From the IMG/VR virus record IMGVR_UViG_3300021066_000001: 64,000 nucleotides of DNA. One strand, 5' to 3'. Both the position numbers and the translations under genes were made by a program. The notes under the pieces are model-generated. The model was not told where the DNA came from. It did no database searches and saw only the letters and a list, made by a program, of their open reading frames with translations. Every line of letters begins with the position of its first letter. The stretch's first letter is position 1. This document shows positions 61,577-64,000 of this stretch, one piece after another. This DNA comes from a virus (Duplodnaviria > Heunggongvirae > Uroviricota > Caudoviricetes).

Positions 61577-61960
61577 CTACTGGTACGGACGTGTGTCGCG
61601 AGTCATCGTCGGCCACGTCATCGTCTTCTCGAGCTCGAGACAGCGCTTCCAACCGAGATAGCCAGGCTCGACGCACTTGCCGTCGATGAAGAACGCGCGG
61701 CCTGGGCGATAGAACAGGTTGTAAACGACGTGCTCAAGAAGAGCGCTAGACGGCACGCCGTTGTCCTTGTACAGCGGATGCTCAGGGGTGTGCGAGTTGT
61801 ATACGCCGCGAGTGTGATGGATCTTGGAGCCAGACAGCTTCAAGAGGCTCGCGAGGAGCGCGGTGCGCTCACGCACTAGCTCGGCGAGCTCTGGGGTCTG
61901 CGCGTGCTCGATCAAGTGCACGATCTGCTTCTCGACCTGTTCAGCTGGAGTGCGAATCAC
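61577..61960 (-). CDS. Hypothetical protein
   Basis: 127-aa ORF. Confidence 0.5.
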   Translation of the reverse strand: MIRTPAEQVEKQIVHLIEHAQTPELAELVRERTALLASLLKLSGSKIHHTRGVYNSHTPEHPLYKDNGVPSSALLEHVVYNLFYRPGRAFFIDGKCVEPGYLGWKRCLELEKTMTWPTMTRDTRPYQ

Positions 61961-62144
61961 TTGAGGTCCCGATCGTAGGTGATCGTGTAGGCGACTCCCT
62001 TGGCGTCGTAGTAAGTGCCTGACGTCTCGATGAAGTTGAACGGGATGAAGAACGCGTTCTGGTCGTTAGGGGGTTGCTCCTCTTGCTTGGGGGAATGACT
62101 CCCCTGCTTTCGCGCGAGAGCGGCTTGAAGCTGAGCGAGGGCGC

Positions 62145-62408
62145 TCACTCCCAGGGCTCCACGTGAGCGACTGGATTTTGGCACATCCGATTGTTCGCGA
62201 ACTTTTGGTCAACGAGCACGACTCTCCAACGCGTGCCGTCTGGGAGAACCACCAGATTACCGACCATGAGCGGGACGTACGTGCCGACGAGCTCCTGCTC
62301 GCCAGACGGGAGCTGAACCAGGTAGGAGAGGTACTCCTTGACTCGCTGTCGCTCGAGAAACTGGGTGAGCCTCTCCAGGAGCGCCTCGCTGATCTGACAG
62401 TACCTCAC
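62145..62408 (-). CDS. Hypothetical protein
   Basis: Coupled to the ligase stop. Confidence 0.5.
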   Translation of the reverse strand: MRYCQISEALLERLTQFLERQRVKEYLSYLVQLPSGEQELVGTYVPLMVGNLVVLPDGTRWRVVLVDQKFANNRMCQNPVAHVEPWE

Positions 62409-63733
62409 TTGTCGTCCCGGATCTGAACGAACACCGGCTCGCGCACCGCCCAGACTGTCGCGTTCTCGGCGAGGGACAGCTCCTTGCCCTCGATCTCAGC
62501 GGTCTTGCCGATCGGGGTGTCGACGCCCGACAGGATGGCGGCGAGGAACTCGACGCGTTGCTTGTCGGAGAGGCCGCCGCCGCAACGGGTCTTGATGTAC
62601 TTGCCCGACGCGGCGTCAACGCCCTCGAGCTCGAAGCCGCCCAACATCTTCTCGTACTTCGAGCCCGGATTGCCGTAGTACCAGCCAGTGATCTTCAGGT
62701 CGTACGAGTAGTACGGCTTGTACTTGATCCACAGGGGCGAGCGGTCCCAGACGTAGACACCGTTCGGGTCCTTGAGGATCAAGCCCTCCTGGCCGAGCTT
62801 CAGAACCTCCTTGTACCACGCGTTGAGCTCGGCCATCGTCTTGATGATCCGGTACTCAGACTTGATGATGTCCTTCGAGCCGAGCAGGCGGAGCACCTTC
62901 TCGAGGTGCGCGGAGCGCTCAGACTGGACCAGGTCGTACTTCTCGGCCTTCCACGCGGTGAGCGGGATCAGGTCGAACGCGTAGAACTTGAGGTCCTTCG
63001 AGCGGCTCTTGTCCTTGCCGCGGCTCTTGCTGGTCGAGCGGAAGTCGGCGCCCATCGCCTCGCCGTCGAGGACGAACGGGTAGCCGAGCATCTTCTCGAG
63101 CTCGGCGAGCTCGGCGTCCCAGCGGCCCTCCCATGACTCGATGACGCGGCCGCCGCGCGAGAGCGGGGTGACGCCGCCGTTCTCGACGAGGAGGTTGCCG
63201 CGATGGCCGTCGTACTTGACCTCGGCGATCAGGTGGTCCTTCCGCGCGCCGGTCGGCTTCCAGACGCCCTTGGCGTTCGGCTGCATGACGTCGAAGACGT
63301 CGGCGACGGTGTCCTGGTTGACCGCGAGGCCGAGGTTGTGGCACGGCACCTTGAGGCCGGGGTAGAGCTTCTCGAAGGTGGTCGACGACGCGCCGCAGTC
63401 GAGGTCCTTGATCAGGACGCGCTCGAGGACCGCGGCGGTACGCTGGGTGAAGAGGCCGAGGACGGCGGTGACGGCGGCGCGAGCGGCGTTGCCAGTGATC
63501 GTGCGCGCGTGGAGCTGATCGAGGAGCTTGAAGAACTCGCCGAGATCGGCGTCGACGGTCGCGTAAGCGACCGGCTTGTCGAACTTCTTGACATGGAAGC
63601 GACGGTACGGGTTGAGGGCCTCGACGACGAGGCGGACGCCGTTGCTGTCCATGCCGCTGAGCGCCGCGTGCTTCTCCTTGTGGGTCGAGTGTTGCTCGGC
63701 TGTCAGGATGGCGTCGGCGAAGGGTTTGGACAT
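62405..63733 (-). CDS. ATP-dependent DNA ligase
   Basis: EVKYDGHR, LSRGG, LDGEA, AFDLI, EGLILK, WIKYKP, and an OB domain; early promoter TGTACT-N17-TACAAT (about 63764-63792). Confidence 0.93.
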   Translation of the reverse strand: MSKPFADAILTAEQHSTHKEKHAALSGMDSNGVRLVVEALNPYRRFHVKKFDKPVAYATVDADLGEFFKLLDQLHARTITGNAARAAVTAVLGLFTQRTAAVLERVLIKDLDCGASSTTFEKLYPGLKVPCHNLGLAVNQDTVADVFDVMQPNAKGVWKPTGARKDHLIAEVKYDGHRGNLLVENGGVTPLSRGGRVIESWEGRWDAELAELEKMLGYPFVLDGEAMGADFRSTSKSRGKDKSRSKDLKFYAFDLIPLTAWKAEKYDLVQSERSAHLEKVLRLLGSKDIIKSEYRIIKTMAELNAWYKEVLKLGQEGLILKDPNGVYVWDRSPLWIKYKPYYSYDLKITGWYYGNPGSKYEKMLGGFELEGVDAASGKYIKTRCGGGLSDKQRVEFLAAILSGVDTPIGKTAEIEGKELSLAENATVWAVREPVFVQIRDDK

Positions 63734-64000
63734 TTAATGCCTCAACGATTGACGATATGAGAATTGTATCAAAAAGCTCTCAAAAAGTACACACTTCTAG
63801 AGAATTTTGTCGTTCTTCATCACGGTTTTAAGACTGATGAGAAACGTTGTCCCTTCGTCATCGATGGGCGTCGGTTTTCCTGGTGACACCTCGTACGCGA
63901 GCGTGTAACCCAAGCTCGCTGAGCGGACGACCTTCTCGCCGATCGGTAGCTCGCGCTGCGTCGAGATGAAGTTGAAAAACGCGTCAAGCACCCGTTGGCG

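Noticed and set aside
1-64000. Stop-codon reassignment as seen in some jumbo phages
   Set aside because: Conserved genes are full length in code 11, TAA/TAG/TGA all end genes with coupled overlaps, and no CUA or UCA anticodon tRNA is present (both Trp tRNAs are CCA).
1-64000. CRISPR array or cas genes
   Set aside because: No regularly spaced direct repeats or Cas motifs were seen by eye; the repeats found are hairpins, tRNA arms or coding microrepeats.

Overview
About 64 kb of a GC-rich, T4-superfamily-like jumbo bacteriophage genome, coded almost entirely on the minus strand. Phage hallmarks are rIIA/rIIB, T4-type early promoters (TTTACW/TGTACW-N17-TAHAAT), TAAATA late promoters, an ATP-dependent DNA ligase, a GH19 endolysin and about 15 small late genes with T4 capsid-targeting-like N-termini. 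The window is rich in translation-related cargo: ribosomal protein bL12, Pth2, a full one-piece tmRNA, two RNA ligase-like genes, a 2H phosphoesterase, and a Leu/Ser/Tyr/Trp tRNA array. The array has an rRNA-operon-like boxB/boxA leader, and most of it is enclosed by a 16-bp long-range stem. The most unusual content is a set of non-canonical tRNA-like RNAs. One is a 219-nt 'mini-tmRNA' that shares a 20-nt T-arm segment with the real tmRNA and carries a 12-codon internal ORF. Others are a 79-nt RNA with an Ala acceptor and a Gly-type anticodon loop, a 139-nt Cys-acceptor-like RNA with an expanded anticodon domain, and two identically remodelled Leu-anticodon tRNAs. Other modules are a split PrkA/YeaH/SpoVR operon, a PurA-like + vWA + J-domain/kinase-like triplet, a nucleotidyltransferase next to three paralogous proteins ending W-x(1-2)-SS-x-x-C, and a plus-strand flavoprotein + ferredoxin pair. 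All calls come from manual motif reading and hand folding; no database searches or folding programs were run.
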